DNA of 63,870 nucleotides, filler included, from Neoconidiobolus thromboides FSU 785 (GCA_025603075.1; 9 parts of 9 records of this genome joined end to end with filler, not necessarily neighbours in it), one strand, 5' to 3'. Shown: positions 25,901-38,101, counted from the first letter of the whole stretch. Numbers and translations: made by a program. Notes: generated by a model not told the origin, from the letters alone.

Positions 25901-27151
25901 ATCATTTAACTTATAGTCTAGATTTTTATCAAATATAAAATCATTTTTTGAGTTTTTTGGGTATCCAAGGACTTCTTTAATTAAAGGCACTGGCCGATAT
26001 TCATCCCCAAAAGCTTTAACACTAGTTAATCTTGCTTCTGAATTCGGAATATAATAGCTCAGCCAATTAGCAATAGAATTGAGATTTGGTATAGTCGCTG
26101 AAACAACAATAGTTCGAGGGTTGTATTTCATAATCTTAGTTCTACTAACCTAGAATCAATTAAATATTACTCAATCAATAATTACATACAATAGCCTCCA
26201 AGATTGGACCTCGTTTTTCATTCAAAAGGTGAATTTCATCTATCTTGAAATAACTTAGTAGAGGTTTAAACAAATAAAACTACAAGAAAAAGCTGTATAT
26301 ATTCCATCCATGGATTATTTACTCTAAAAATTAGAATGTATTTTATTTACGTAGTAAGAATTACTTCTTCCTAGAAACCGAATCCCATTTTTCAGGAGTT
26401 GAAATACTAAAGGTTTCAATTAGTTTAGATCTTAAAAGTAAATCTACATTAGCCCATAGTCACTTCTCATATCCAAATCTTCATAAATGTCACCAGTAAA
26501 TTCGTAACCTACAAAAAAGTTATATTCTTATTTTAAAATAGAATGTACAATTGATCCCGAGTTTGGTAAACTTCATTTTCCAATCATTGATTTTTTCAGA
26601 GCATAAGGCCTTCCAAAACATAAGCATGGATGAAATAAGAGTTTATGACTTACTTTTGTTGGTGCTATATAGACAGCATAAAACTTATTATAAATAGATA
26701 ATGCCTTGACTATAGCTAGTTCAAATATGACTGTTTTTCCAGAGCCAGTGGGAGCTTAATTGCTTTAGATTTATGATGAAGATTAAAAGATTATGTACCA
26801 TTAACTACTAAATTATGGTTTGTATTCATGATCTAAAACAGTTACAAGGGTAATAAAAACTAAAAACTATTTACAACTTCAAAACATTCAGATTGCATCC
26901 TATTAAAATATTGAAAGGGGAAACATGAATCATAATGATGACCTAAATGGTAAAATAAAACAATAAAGGCAAGTCAATAAAAAAACCTAATTCAGATGGC
27001 TGACGTAAGCCTGAAACATTTGAACTTTGATCAAATAAAGACCCTCTAAAAAAGTTAATATGTAAAAATAAACTAGTAAAAAGTACTGATTTTTATTATA
27101 GTTGTTTATTAAATGGAGGTTTTTTTTCTTCCTCTTAATCGGTTTTGACAT
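22918..27151 (-). CDS. MER3: Meiotic Ski2-like DNA helicase HFM1/Mer3, many introns
   Basis: FQYFNRMQSECF, APTGSGKTVIFELAI, TPEKWDS, DEIHLLNEKRGPILEAIVSR, FGDEYRPVPL, GVAFHHAGL, QMVGRAGRPQYD. Confidence 0.8.
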
Positions 27152-27493
27152 TTTTTTATAAACAAAAGCATAGAAGTAAACTTATTTCCTATTTATATCA
27201 TACTTAACTAAGCACTGAAATACTTCAAAATTATGCATTTTTTTAAAACTAAGTAATCCAAAAAATGCTATATCATTCCACATAGTTGTCCCATATCATG
27301 TAGTTTAGTCTATATCCTAACAAAACCAATCTATTTTTAAAAGATTTAACCTTAACCTTAATATTATTTAAAAATAAAAAACCATGTATTATAAAATAGA
27401 CATAAAGCTTAAATTAACTAATTGAATGTTAAGTATTTATAGAGCCCATATTTCAATAAATTACCTACTTTTAATTTATTTTAAAGGGTCGAT

Positions 27494-28230
27494 TTAAACA
27501 CGACGACGGTTGTTTTGACGGCGAGGGGTACGCTCGTAACCAACAACACCGCTGTTTGAAACGTGTTCGATTTGGGAAACACCTGGGATTTTGTCAAAGT
27601 TAAGAGATTTAAGAAGATCCTAGAAAAACGGTTGGCTTAAAAAATAAAAATAAAATAAAAAAAATACTTGAGTTTCGGCATCGACAGCAATAGTTCCAAT
27701 GTCAAGAGCAGATACTTCTGGAACGTAGTTATCTTTACGCTCACGTTCTTCTTCTTGAAGTTTGAAAGAGATACCACGAACTGGTCCTCTTTGAATACGT
27801 TTCATTAAATGGGTGGTGAATCCAGCAATCTTATTACGAAGACGCTTGGAAGCAATGATAGCAACTTCACCGCAGATCTTCTTGTTAGTTTGGAAATCTA
27901 AAGTAAGACGAGGATAGTACTTTTCAATAAGTACACGAGAAGCTTTCTTAACAGTCTTAGTACGTACACGACCCTAATTTCCATTTGATTTTAGTTAAAT
28001 TCGATTCAAATTGTTTCGGATTTTCAAGTTGTGTATCTATAATATTTTTTGTGCATGATTCATGTAGGATATTAAGTTGGATGTATACATATATATATTT
28101 GATTCCAAATCTTTTTATGATTTATCATTTTTTATATCTCTTTTTATAAATCTAGTTGACTTCATCATATCCTTTTATCTCCAATTTTCTATTTTAGATA
28201 TGCTTTCCATAATGTTTAATATATTACCAT
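27494..28230 (-). CDS. RPS17: 40S ribosomal protein S17 (eS17)
   Basis: ATG, 254-nt intron (27974-28227), then [20 protein letters not shown]...[29 protein letters not shown]; second short intron. Confidence 0.95.
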
Positions 28231-28496
28231 ATTGATGACTTAGGTTTCCTTTAAACGTTTAATGGAGAGGAGGATATAAAGGCCCAATGGCTAGTCACAG
28301 AAAAAGAACGCTTCTTTGATCAATCTCAATTTCTATTTGTTAATTTATTTTTTTAGGTAAGTTTTGGCTTTGTTAATGATTTAACTGGCTTTACAAAATT
28401 ATAAAAAGTACACAGTGTAGTTGATTGGCTTAATTTTTACATTTCATTTCAAATATTAAATTATTTTTATTTATTTTTTATTATTTTTTTTAAATA

Positions 28497-29671
28497 ATGG
28501 ATCAAGATTTAACTGGAATTGAATGGAGATATTCTGAATGGCTTGCTGTAATACAATAACTATTTCAATTTAAAGAATCTAAATTAAATAAGGCTCATGG
28601 CTTAAACTCTGATAATGTCTTGGAGTATTTCAGTATGTCCCCGTTTTGGGATTCAACTTCTAATAATGCTGTATTGAAAATGCAAACCAGTTTCAGTGGA
28701 CATGAAGAGACTAAATCCACTTTAAAGTAAAAACTATCTAGTATTAACTAATGCCATGCTAAACCATTTAAGAAATATGGTAGGAGTTGAGTTTGAAATA
28801 GTAAAAGATCGTAGTCCTAATTTATATGTTATTCAAAAACAACAACGTACTTCACCAACTGAAGGTATTGATTAGTCATTATAATAATGTTATCTAAAAA
28901 AGTAGTATTTCCTATCTCTATGTATTATGTTCTTAATGGGAATATATACCAAGCACCAAATCTCTATAAAATATTAGCAACAAGAATGGTAATTTGAATC
29001 AAAATGCTTAAATAGTTGCTAAGTTTATTTAGGTAACTATGGTCAATCATTTGCATAGCAGTTTCAAGGATTTATGTAAATTTGCTGAATATCATCCAAC
29101 TGGAAGATATAGATGGAAAATAAATCCACTCAAAGGGGAAGAGAAAGGTATATTACAATATATATAGTTATATATATTCATAATACATCTATAAAACTAT
29201 AGAAGCAGAGAAAGAGAACGAAACAGAAACAGTAGAAATACAAAAAGTTTATGATTTTCAAAGCTGTATTAATCGAGCCTTTGCTGTTGATGGTATGGGA
29301 AAAATTCCACCAAAGGAAGTAGTAAATAAAAAAGAGAATATGAAACAAGCAAGGCTTCTAGAGGCTAAAAGTTATGTACAAAAAGTAAGCTTTTATTATT
29401 CTAAGTATTTATATTCTAATCATGACTTTAGATCAATGAAGAAAGAAAGGCTGCAAGTATAGTTTTTGATAATTTTAATGATATTGTACTAATTTTATAG
29501 TGAAATCCCAAGCGTCTACACCAGCTGGTGAAGGTGGCAAAAGGCGTAGGGGCGATGGCTCAGGGAAGAAAAAAAAGAAGTGTAAGACATTAATTTGATA
29601 TTTACGTTCCAAAAGTATAATCAATATTTATTTATAATTTAATAGCAAGACGCAGCACGCCAGCTCTTTAA
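28497..29671 (+). CDS. MED6: Mediator subunit 6
   Basis: LTGIEWRYSEWL, NVLEYFSMSPFWDSTSNNAVLKMQ, GVEFE, YYVLNGNIYQAPNLYKILATRM. Confidence 0.85.
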
Positions 29672-29802
29672 GAATTTATCTAATAGCATATAGAAGCTGA
29701 CTTGTTTGTATAAATATCATCCTAAATTTATTAATTTATTAATTTATTAATAAATTTTAAATGCTTGGTTTTAATTATTTGTTTCTGGTTTTATTGCATT
29801 GC

Positions 29803-29962
29803 TAGAACTGGTTATATTGAGATGCCTTTGCTCTTTTTTAATTTAACGTTTATTTTTTTGTAACGAGTTTATGGATTATATTCAGCGAATTAAACCATAG
29901 ATTCACTATAAAAGAAATAAACAAAATCAAAGAATAAAGGTATCTCAATACAACCAGTTCTA
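29803..29962. repeat. 160-nt fold-back inverted repeat
   Basis: Outer arms 29803-29836 and 29929-29962 match 30/34; pairing continues inward to TATGG/CCATA. Confidence 0.85.
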
Positions 29963-30052
29963 ACTAGAATTGGTGTATACTTCTAATTTAACTTTCAAGT
30001 ATATTATTTAATCATTTTTGCTAAAAAATAACGAATTTGAATTTATTATTTT

Positions 30053-30134
30053 AGGAATGTTTTTTCGTTTCTCAAAGTCCTATTTGAATGGAAAAATTGT
30101 TAGTAAATCCTTAAACAAAAAAATACATCTCTAT
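30053..30134 (-). mobile_element. Internally deleted MITE A copy
   Basis: TATTTGAATGGAAAAATTGTTAGTAAA...AATACATC. Confidence 0.6.
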
Positions 30135-30357
30135 TTAATAAAATTTCTATGGATTCATATAGTGGCTTTAATTGTAATCAATAAATAAAAATATTGTTTT
30201 ATTCTATTTAGTATTAAATTAAATAAGTATGTGTTAGAATGCCGCTGAGTTTATAAAGAAGCTTTAAGTTCTAAAATTAACAATCTGACGATTGTCTTTG
30301 AGTAAAATAGTCACATAGTTTAAGTTTATAGAAAACAAAAGTTTATTTTGGAATCAA

Positions 30358-31482
30358 CTAAATAGTATCCTCTTCCTCTATCTTACTATCGCTCTTTTGT
30401 ACTTCTTTCTTTCCAGCATATTTATCGTTACCTTCTTTTTTTTCAATTTCTTTATCGATAGTTTCTTTCTTTTCTGATTCCTTGTTTCCACGTTCCTTTC
30501 CTATCACTAGAAATTTCTTAAATATACTTTTTGTTTTTCCCCTTTTGATTTTTTCTTCAACTGCTTTCTCAGATTCCTTATCTTTCTCTTCAACATCAGA
30601 GGCTGGGTGTAAAATTCCATTAAGAAGGTGTTCTGGGAATATATGGGTTGATTCTTGTATGTGATCGAATTCTCCAATCAATAGATTATAAGTAGTTTCG
30701 TTCCTCTTCTTGATTCTTCTTAAATAATGACGGGCCATCTCTCCAAAAACTCCTTTTTCCAATCCATCATAATATCCTAAAATCACTCGAAGGTAATTGG
30801 AAAAAGTAGGGTTCTCCTTTAAAAAATCTGAATATTTTAACATTCCTGGCTTTAAGACACTTGCAACAGGAATAAGACCTCTAACCACACCATCTAAAGC
30901 ATAATTCATAGGACCATAAGTTGCAAGATAGATAAGCGAGAGTCTAGCATCAACCATATGGATATGAAATTGACGAATATATTTGAATAGTATGGTTGTT
31001 ACCAATCTACTTTTTACAGGATCAATACCACGGAATGGAAGATCAAAATCTCCTGCTAAGTAAGCTTCAAGTTTTTCTGGTGGGAATTTTTCAACAAACC
31101 GTTTAATAAGTTTACCAGGAGCTAAAGGACGAGGAACGCGATCTTTAAGGTTTAAAAACTTAGATTTTATTTTGCCTTTGTCGCTGGATCCACTTTCCTC
31201 GGTTGTTTGTCCTTCTTTTTCATCGCCAGAATCTAACCTATCGTTAAGAAAATCCTCCTTTTCATCTTCTTTTGGAGCTTTAGAGCTTGGCCTTAAGTAA
31301 GATAATACCCCAGGAGAATTGTTATTATTCAACCTCATCTCTGAAAGTGTAAGTGCTTGGGAAGACGCTCCATTTCCTGATGGGAGCTTTAAGCTAGCAA
31401 TTGGCTCAGCCAAAATGATGCTTGCTAGTAAACTACAAAGATAGAAACCAGCCTTCATCTCAAGAATAAAATGCAAAAGCAA
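30358..31482 (-). CDS. Uncharacterised secreted protein with E/K-rich termini
   Basis: 374-aa intronless ORF; signal peptide from Met9 (MKAGFYLCSLLASIILAEP); no family recognised. Confidence 0.7.
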   Translation of the reverse strand: MLLHFILEMKAGFYLCSLLASIILAEPIASLKLPSGNGASSQALTLSEMRLNNNNSPGVLSYLRPSSKAPKEDEKEDFLNDRLDSGDEKEGQTTEESGSSDKGKIKSKFLNLKDRVPRPLAPGKLIKRFVEKFPPEKLEAYLAGDFDLPFRGIDPVKSRLVTTILFKYIRQFHIHMVDARLSLIYLATYGPMNYALDGVVRGLIPVASVLKPGMLKYSDFLKENPTFSNYLRVILGYYDGLEKGVFGEMARHYLRRIKKRNETTYNLLIGEFDHIQESTHIFPEHLLNGILHPASDVEEKDKESEKAVEEKIKRGKTKSIFKKFLVIGKERGNKESEKKETIDKEIEKKEGNDKYAGKKEVQKSDSKIEEEDTI

Positions 31483-31729
31483 ATGACATTGAATATACTA
31501 ATTTTAAATGAAATTTTAGATTTTCTTTGATCATCCTAATAATTTTAAAATTGAAGATTGTCTTATTTTAATGATAATTTATTCCTTTAATATTTTTAAA
31601 GTTGTTACAATTAATATTAATTTGTAATTNNNNNNNNNNNNNNNNNNNNNNNNNNNNNNNNNNNNNNNNNNNNTTAATTAATTAANNNNNNNNNNNNNNN
31701 NNNNNNNNNNNNNNNNNNNNNNNNNNNNN

Positions 31730-33901
31730 TCTTGACTCACTATTAATGCTTGTTCAACAAGTATAAGACTATGACTCTTTATTCTATCCATTAAAGAAAC
31801 TGCAGCATTCTTTCTGGAATTACTTTGTGATTTGGTAGCAACTGTGACTGGATAAACCAAAGCTTGAGGATGTTTTTTACTAACCTCATTAAGTATATGA
31901 TGAACCAATCTACGAACATGAGCATTGGAGGCATGGATACGTGCAATAAGTTGAGGAATTACTTGCAACCAAGTATCTGTAGTTATATTATTGAAGCCCT
32001 CTGTAATAGCAAAGTTAACATCCCTCAAATGAGCATATTTAAACCACAGGGTCAAAAGACGTAAAGTATCCTGTAATGAATTACCACTTGAAAGTTTAAT
32101 TGATTGGAAGAAACCTTGGACTGCGGGGACAATGTGAGTAGTGACAATATGTTCATTAATGGACCCTGTTTTTTGTTCAAAATAACTTATCACTTCAAAA
32201 TTAGCCAAAGCCCACGAGTGCCATGCTTTATATTGTTCAGGATCAAATTGGGTTGCCATAAAATAAGAGTGAAGAATATGTGGTATGGTAGCTTCATCCC
32301 AATTATCTTGTAATTCAACATGCCATAAACCTTGACGATGATAACATTTTGAAAGTAATTTAAGGTGTTCTTGACTTTCATTATTTTGTGTGCTCAAAAT
32401 AGTAGATAAATTCATATATTGATCCACATTTTGAAGACCTAAACTTTCTGCTAATCCTTGTGTAAAATCTTGAAGATGTTCAAGTGTTTTTGGTTTAGAT
32501 CCAGTAGCCCAACGATGTTTAAGATAAGCATATAATATCTTTGGAGAGCCATCTGGTAAATCATCATCAGAGAATGGTCCATGATGATTGAGTAATGTTT
32601 TGATTGTTTTTTCAGATAATGAAGTTCGACCGCTCTTATGACAGAGATTGGCAAATTTCAACCATAAATCGACATCTTCGTTTGGTGATATGACTAATGA
32701 GCGTATTTGAAGGGTTCTTTGCCAAACCTCTACATTACGCTGACATCCTAATAAACGCTTCATCCATGTCTTACGAATCAAAGCTTGACGTTCTGGCTGT
32801 TCTTTAAAGTTGATAAAATCGATGACTTCTTCCAATTCAGATAATATCTGTACTCTTATAATGACACTATAAGCTCTATTAAAACTCTCACCAATAAGAG
32901 CAGTAAGTTCATTATCCAAAAGATCTCTTGATTTTTCAATATAAAGTTTAGCTTGAGTAAACTGATGTCTATGTACCAATAGTATAGCTTTAAAAAAGGA
33001 TTCGTTGGAAGGAGTATGATCCATAGCAGCGATATAAGAATCAATATTATTCCATTGTCCAATACCCCATGAAGCAGCAGCAGCTAAAGGTGCTATTTTT
33101 TGCCTTGTCTCTTCATCTCCTTCATCCCATGTTTTACTAGATAACTCATTTAAAATATCCCATTCCCCAAGTGCATGATAACAACGCATCTTTCCTAAAT
33201 TGACATCGAATGAGGCTCCTGATTCTGCTTCTTTCTTTTCATAAGCTATTAAAGCATCATCCCATCTGCCTAATTTTTCATACCATGTTTCTTTCAATAT
33301 TAAATCATGATGATTCTGTGCAATATTTAATATTCCAACCGCTGCATCAGGTTGTTGTAATTGAGTATTGATCCTAATCAATGATTCAATAGTAACAGTA
33401 GAAGGTTCAGATATAAACTCAAGTTCTTTATAATGAAGAGCTTTAGCAAAAGAATGACAACGACTTGCATATTCACCTAAAGTTTTAATAGCTATCGGCA
33501 ATGTTTTGTCATCATGTTCCATAAACTCAGCTAAATTCAACAACATTTGTAAAATTTCTGAAGTTATATTTGGTGATACTAAAGCTGTTTCAAGTGAACG
33601 TACAAGCTCATCTTGATAAGTATCTGGAAGTTCTGTCCAACAAGATACAAAAGCTGCATTAAACAAATCTCTAGCTAAAGGTGGATAATTGTTTGCTAAA
33701 TTAGCACAAGCTCTAAGGGCAGGTGAAGGTGATTCTCTGATAAGTTCGATACTCAAGCGACGTATCCATTCTATCCAATCATCTTTTGTTGATTTTTGAT
33801 AGGCTTCCCATGCTTTTTTAAGATGCCCTTCATTTACAGGTACTTTTTTGAAACCTGCAATTTCACTTAATGGATTTTCTTCTAAATTATCATCGTTTAT
33901 A
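31730..33901 (-). CDS. TOR: TOR kinase, FAT-domain exon (partial, bounded by gaps)
   Basis: ELIRESPSPALRAC, LFNAAFVSCW, LLNLAEFMEHDDK, AKALHYKELEF, WLQVIPQLIARIH, HPQALVYP. Confidence 0.95.
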
Positions 33902-34040
33902 CTATTAAATATAAATATAGATATAAATATAAATATAAATNNNNNNNNNNNNNNNNNNNNNNNNNNNNNNNNNNNNNNNNNNNNTTAATTAATTAANNNN
34001 NNNNNNNNNNNNNNNNNNNNNNNNNNNNNNNNNNNNNNNN

Positions 34041-34143
34041 TGGGGATGTATTCTTTTGCTTAAGAATTTTACTAACAATTTTTCCGCCCAAATAGTGCTT
34101 AAAAAATGGAAAAAGTAATGAAGCCAAAAAAAACATCCCCATC
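34041..34143 (+). mobile_element. MITE family A copy at contig start
   Basis: TGGGGATGTA...TACTAAC...CATCCCCA. Confidence 0.85.
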
Positions 34144-34418
34144 TTTTGTTTAACTATCAAACATATAGATTACCCTACTTTTTTATTGAACAAAGCGTGA
34201 ATAAAATAATAAGAATGAACGCCTTTAAGTATTTTCTTTTATTTTTTGAATACACTGATCTAGGATATGTAAATGTGACATCTAAAATGTGTATGGGTAC
34301 ACTTGGAATAATACTAAAGTCACCTTTAAATTAGGGTTTATACCTTATGCTTGTGTCACTTTAACAAGTTGAAAGTTAATGTGTAGTAATATCCTTAAAA
34401 GAGAGAATAAAAAAGAAC

Positions 34419-34525
34419 ATGTGGGGCTGTTTATTTTGACTTCATTACTTTTTCTACTTTTTAAGCACTATTTGAGTGAAAAATTTGTTAGTAGAATTTT
34501 TAGACATAAAAATTCATCCCCATAT
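34419..34525 (-). mobile_element. MITE family A copy
   Basis: Reverse-complement consensus ending CATCCCCATAT. Confidence 0.8.
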
Positions 34526-34590
34526 ATAATCAAATAAATTTATTTCTTTAATTCATTTTGTTAGCTTTATGTTTCAATTTATTACTAGTG

Positions 34591-34970
34591 CTATTAAATA
34601 AAATTACTCTTGCTTTCATTTTACTTAATACTTTAATCAGCATGGTGGTTTGTAAAAACAAATAAACTACTGTGTTCACGATAACTGCTATTTTAAAAAT
34701 GCCTCAATTAAAAGTATGAGTTCTTACTTTTAAAAACTTAATAGCTCATATATAGAAATGGACTATCAATATCCTTCTGACTCAATAGACGACTATAACA
34801 TTTAAGTCATGGGCTGTAATCCAACCAAAGCTAAAATACTTATTGATAGTGACAAAGGTTGGAAGGTATAAAGACGCAGTTTAAACAAAGCTCAAAAGCA
34901 AAAGGATATTGGTTATATCAGGTCATGACTCAATACTGTCGAGTTTTCTAGCTACCATGATAAGCTTTAA
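34591..34970 (+). pseudogene. Pseudogenised third member of the 36122/38102 secreted family
   Basis: NKITLAFILLNTLISMVVCKNK*...VHDNCYFKN...DDYNI*VMGCN...KILIDSDKGWKV*...YHDKL* aligns to the paralogs with stops and frameshifts. Confidence 0.75.
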
Positions 34971-35728
34971 TTGGCTTGAATTTACTGTTACCAATTTAAA
35001 AATATATTATTATTAATTCACTGGTGTTTTTTGTACCATAACTTTACTGTCAGTTTACATAAATAATACCTAAGCTTTACTGAATTATTTTTAAATAGTA
35101 GAAGTACAACAGGAAACGAAATAAAGAATGAAACATTATGGATAGCTTAAAGTGCTAATGTCTTATTTTCACAATTCAATTTGGTTGAATATTGTAAAAT
35201 GTTAATATCATTATTATGTGAATTAAAAACTACTATCAAAAAATTAAATACCAAAGCGGTAGATTGTTTGAAATACGATGGCCCGTTTTGCAGCTATTCT
35301 ATTATAATATAGTACTACATTTTAAAGCTTCTTATTATTGACCAACCACCTTTATACAAATTTGTGAGCTAACTTAATGAGTTCTAATACGATATCTGCT
35401 AAGGATATACACACAACGCTTTTACTAATTATTTATTTAAACTCTGAATTAAAATAGTAATAGCATACTCTTATCTGTCATTGACCTTTAAATTCCAGAT
35501 CTTCTTATATCCTTTTCTTCATTTGTGAAGCCACCTTTGGTCTTCTTGCATATATAATAATTGGTGTGCAGGAATAGCGTTAATTACCTTCCTAAGTCAA
35601 ATTTTAGCCTTGTTTTAAAATAGATTATGTGTAAACTTAACCATTGATATTCTGCTTTATAACTTCTTTGCAATATTTTATGTAAGCTATTTACTTTGAA
35701 ATGTTTTGATTGTAGCTTTTGGATTATT

Positions 35729-35835
35729 ATATGGGGATGTATTTTTGTATTTAAGAGTTTTACTAGTAATTTTTCCACTCAAATAGCGCTTAAAAGATGG
35801 AAAAAGTAATGAAGCCAAAAAAAACAATCCCATAT
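35729..35835 (+). mobile_element. MITE family A copy
   Basis: ATATGGGGATG...CCCATAT. Confidence 0.85.
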
Positions 35836-36121
35836 CAATTTTATTATTTCTAGTGTTTTAAAATTTAGTTTGGTTTGTAAAAAATGCTTCTAAAAGTGTT
35901 AAAAAAATCATTTAATACATCTCCTATCATGTCAATAATTTTTCTAAAATGATACCAAAGCGTTCAATTACGCTGTATAAAAAGTGTTAACATAATAAAT
36001 ACAGATTTCTCAAGTGAATACTAAAACGTGGAAATTTAAACTTATAAACAAAGGTAAATTAATAAAAACAATAACCCAACAAAAAATAAGTTTATTACTG
36101 TATACAATGAATTTAAATTAG

Positions 36122-36511
36122 TTAGAGCTCATCATGGTAGTCGAGGAATTTATCAGTATCAAGCCATAATCTAGTACAGCTTACATCCTCTTGTTTTTTA
36201 GCTTTAATCAAGCTATGTTTGTATACTTTCCAGCTGTCAGTATTATCAACAAGAACTTTGACTTCACTTACATTACATTCAATGACTTGAACGCTGTAGT
36301 CATCATTTGATCCAAAATAGACTCCATAGCCTCTATTTTCATTTGAAATACTGAATTTCTGGAAACGTGAAGAACTATATTTGCCAGTGACATCCTTAAT
36401 GTAGCAGTCATCGTTATGAACACAAACAGTGGCATAATGTTTACTCTTACATGTTATAGTGCTAATTAAAAGGGAAAATAAAGTGGAGGTGAGGATAATT
36501 TTATTAAACAT
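36122..36511 (-). CDS. Small secreted protein (129 aa), family of unknown function
   Basis: Signal peptide, 4 mature-region Cys, close paralog at 38102. Confidence 0.8.
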   Translation of the reverse strand: MFNKIILTSTLFSLLISTITCKSKHYATVCVHNDDCYIKDVTGKYSSSRFQKFSISNENRGYGVYFGSNDDYSVQVIECNVSEVKVLVDNTDSWKVYKHSLIKAKKQEDVSCTRLWLDTDKFLDYHDEL

Positions 36512-38101
36512 TGTTAATGAGAGTTGAAAAACTTGAAATTGATAAAATTAAATGAAGTTTGGTTTCAGTGATTTATATATTTGTATGTTACTTAGTATCC
36601 CATTTTAGGGACATTGCTACGCATATTAACTTTTAGCTACTAATTAATATGATGTAAATATAGAACATGAGTAGGCGAATTAGTAGTAAACTTGATTTTT
36701 ATTCCTAATACCATATATATTTTATTGTGGCATTTTCTTATTTAAAAATAATATATTCGAAAACTTCAGAAGAAAGTAACCATCTATTCAGAAATGTCAT
36801 TTTGAGAATAAATATAATAAAATTCTTAAACATTTGCTTATTTTATAGGAACTAAAAGCATAGATATTTATTCAAATTCATAACTACATAAAGAATTTTT
36901 CTAGATAACTTAGTGTGGCTTTATTTTATCTAATAAAATATTTAGGTGTGTAAAAATCTTATGAATTATAAAAATACCTGTTAACATACTGATTACCAAA
37001 TAGATGTTTTTGTATTTCAAACTTTAAGTCATGTTATTCATATAAGGTGATGTATTTATATTCTTAAACGAAATAAACTCCCCTTTAATGGTTTATACTT
37101 TTTTCAAGCCTTCAAAATGTGACTATATCTTACGTGAAATCATGTTATTTCGATAAAATATTTTTAATTATAGTTGATGTTTTAAATAAAATTACTTACC
37201 TCACAAAAAACGACTTATACCTTTAATTGAAAAAGGCAGATAGCTATACTACTATCAATAACTGAAGCGCTTTACAGCTTCTAATCTAATCCCTTATCTG
37301 AAGTAGCCTTTTATACATCTTTCATCTTCTATCCCTTTTGCTAATGTTTATAACTAGTTAAGCCAAAGTGCGCTAGATTTTAAAAACTACAAAACTAGTA
37401 AAAAGATAAAGCCTAAACTTCAAAAAGTGAGATATATAATTGGAAACATTGACCATCAGATGAAAATTTAAAAGCAACCGTAACTTTTGACCTGGTATAT
37501 TAAAAATTACGGATGACAGTCATCCAGGTTAGGTATTACGGTTTTCAAAAGCTGTATTGATTTAGACAAAATAGGAAATCGTTATGCTCAACTTTCAATC
37601 ACATCAGTTTCTAATACCAGTTTACCTGGGAAATCTACCTTAGCAGGTATTATAATAGTTGGAAAAATTACACTCCTGGAGATAAAATGACATCAAACCA
37701 AAGCCTTGGCAAAATTATTTTTAAATACAGTTAACTGAAAAGACTATAGAATTGAAAAAATATGTTATTGTAAAGCTATAAATAAACAATTATTAAAATT
37801 TTATCACTAAATTCACTATCAAATCACTTTATGTAAATAACTATATACTACCTTATCCACTCTCAACAATAATAATCTAAAATTAGAATATATTATAATT
37901 CAAGGATAAATAGAATTTAAAAATAAAACCTACAGTTAGTTCACTTATTTGTGTTCCATATTTACATCATTTTAACAGAATCATAAAAATCAAACTGCAT
38001 AGTAATGGCCTTGAAATGAAAGGATAATAATAGATATAAAAAACATGAAATTTCTTTTTCAAATTGTTTTATCAACTTTAAAATTCTATTTTTTATCGCC
38101 A

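Noticed and set aside
27974-28227. Intronic box C/D snoRNA in the long RPS17 intron (ATGATGA on the minus strand near 28162)
   Set aside because: No downstream CTGA box D within the intron and no terminal stem seen.
31864-33062. Short ORFs overlapping TOR
   Set aside because: Antisense or alternate-frame shadows of a highly conserved exon.
34591-34970. TAA at Gln positions suggesting TAA=Gln recoding or RIP
   Set aside because: Intact genes here end in TAA, and frameshifts co-occur. CAA to TAA is the commonest nonsense route in AT-rich DNA, and two events are too few for RIP.
38045-38101. Upstream ATG extending the secreted protein by 19 aa
   Set aside because: The paralog at 36511 begins at the Met equivalent to 38102, which gives a normal signal peptide.
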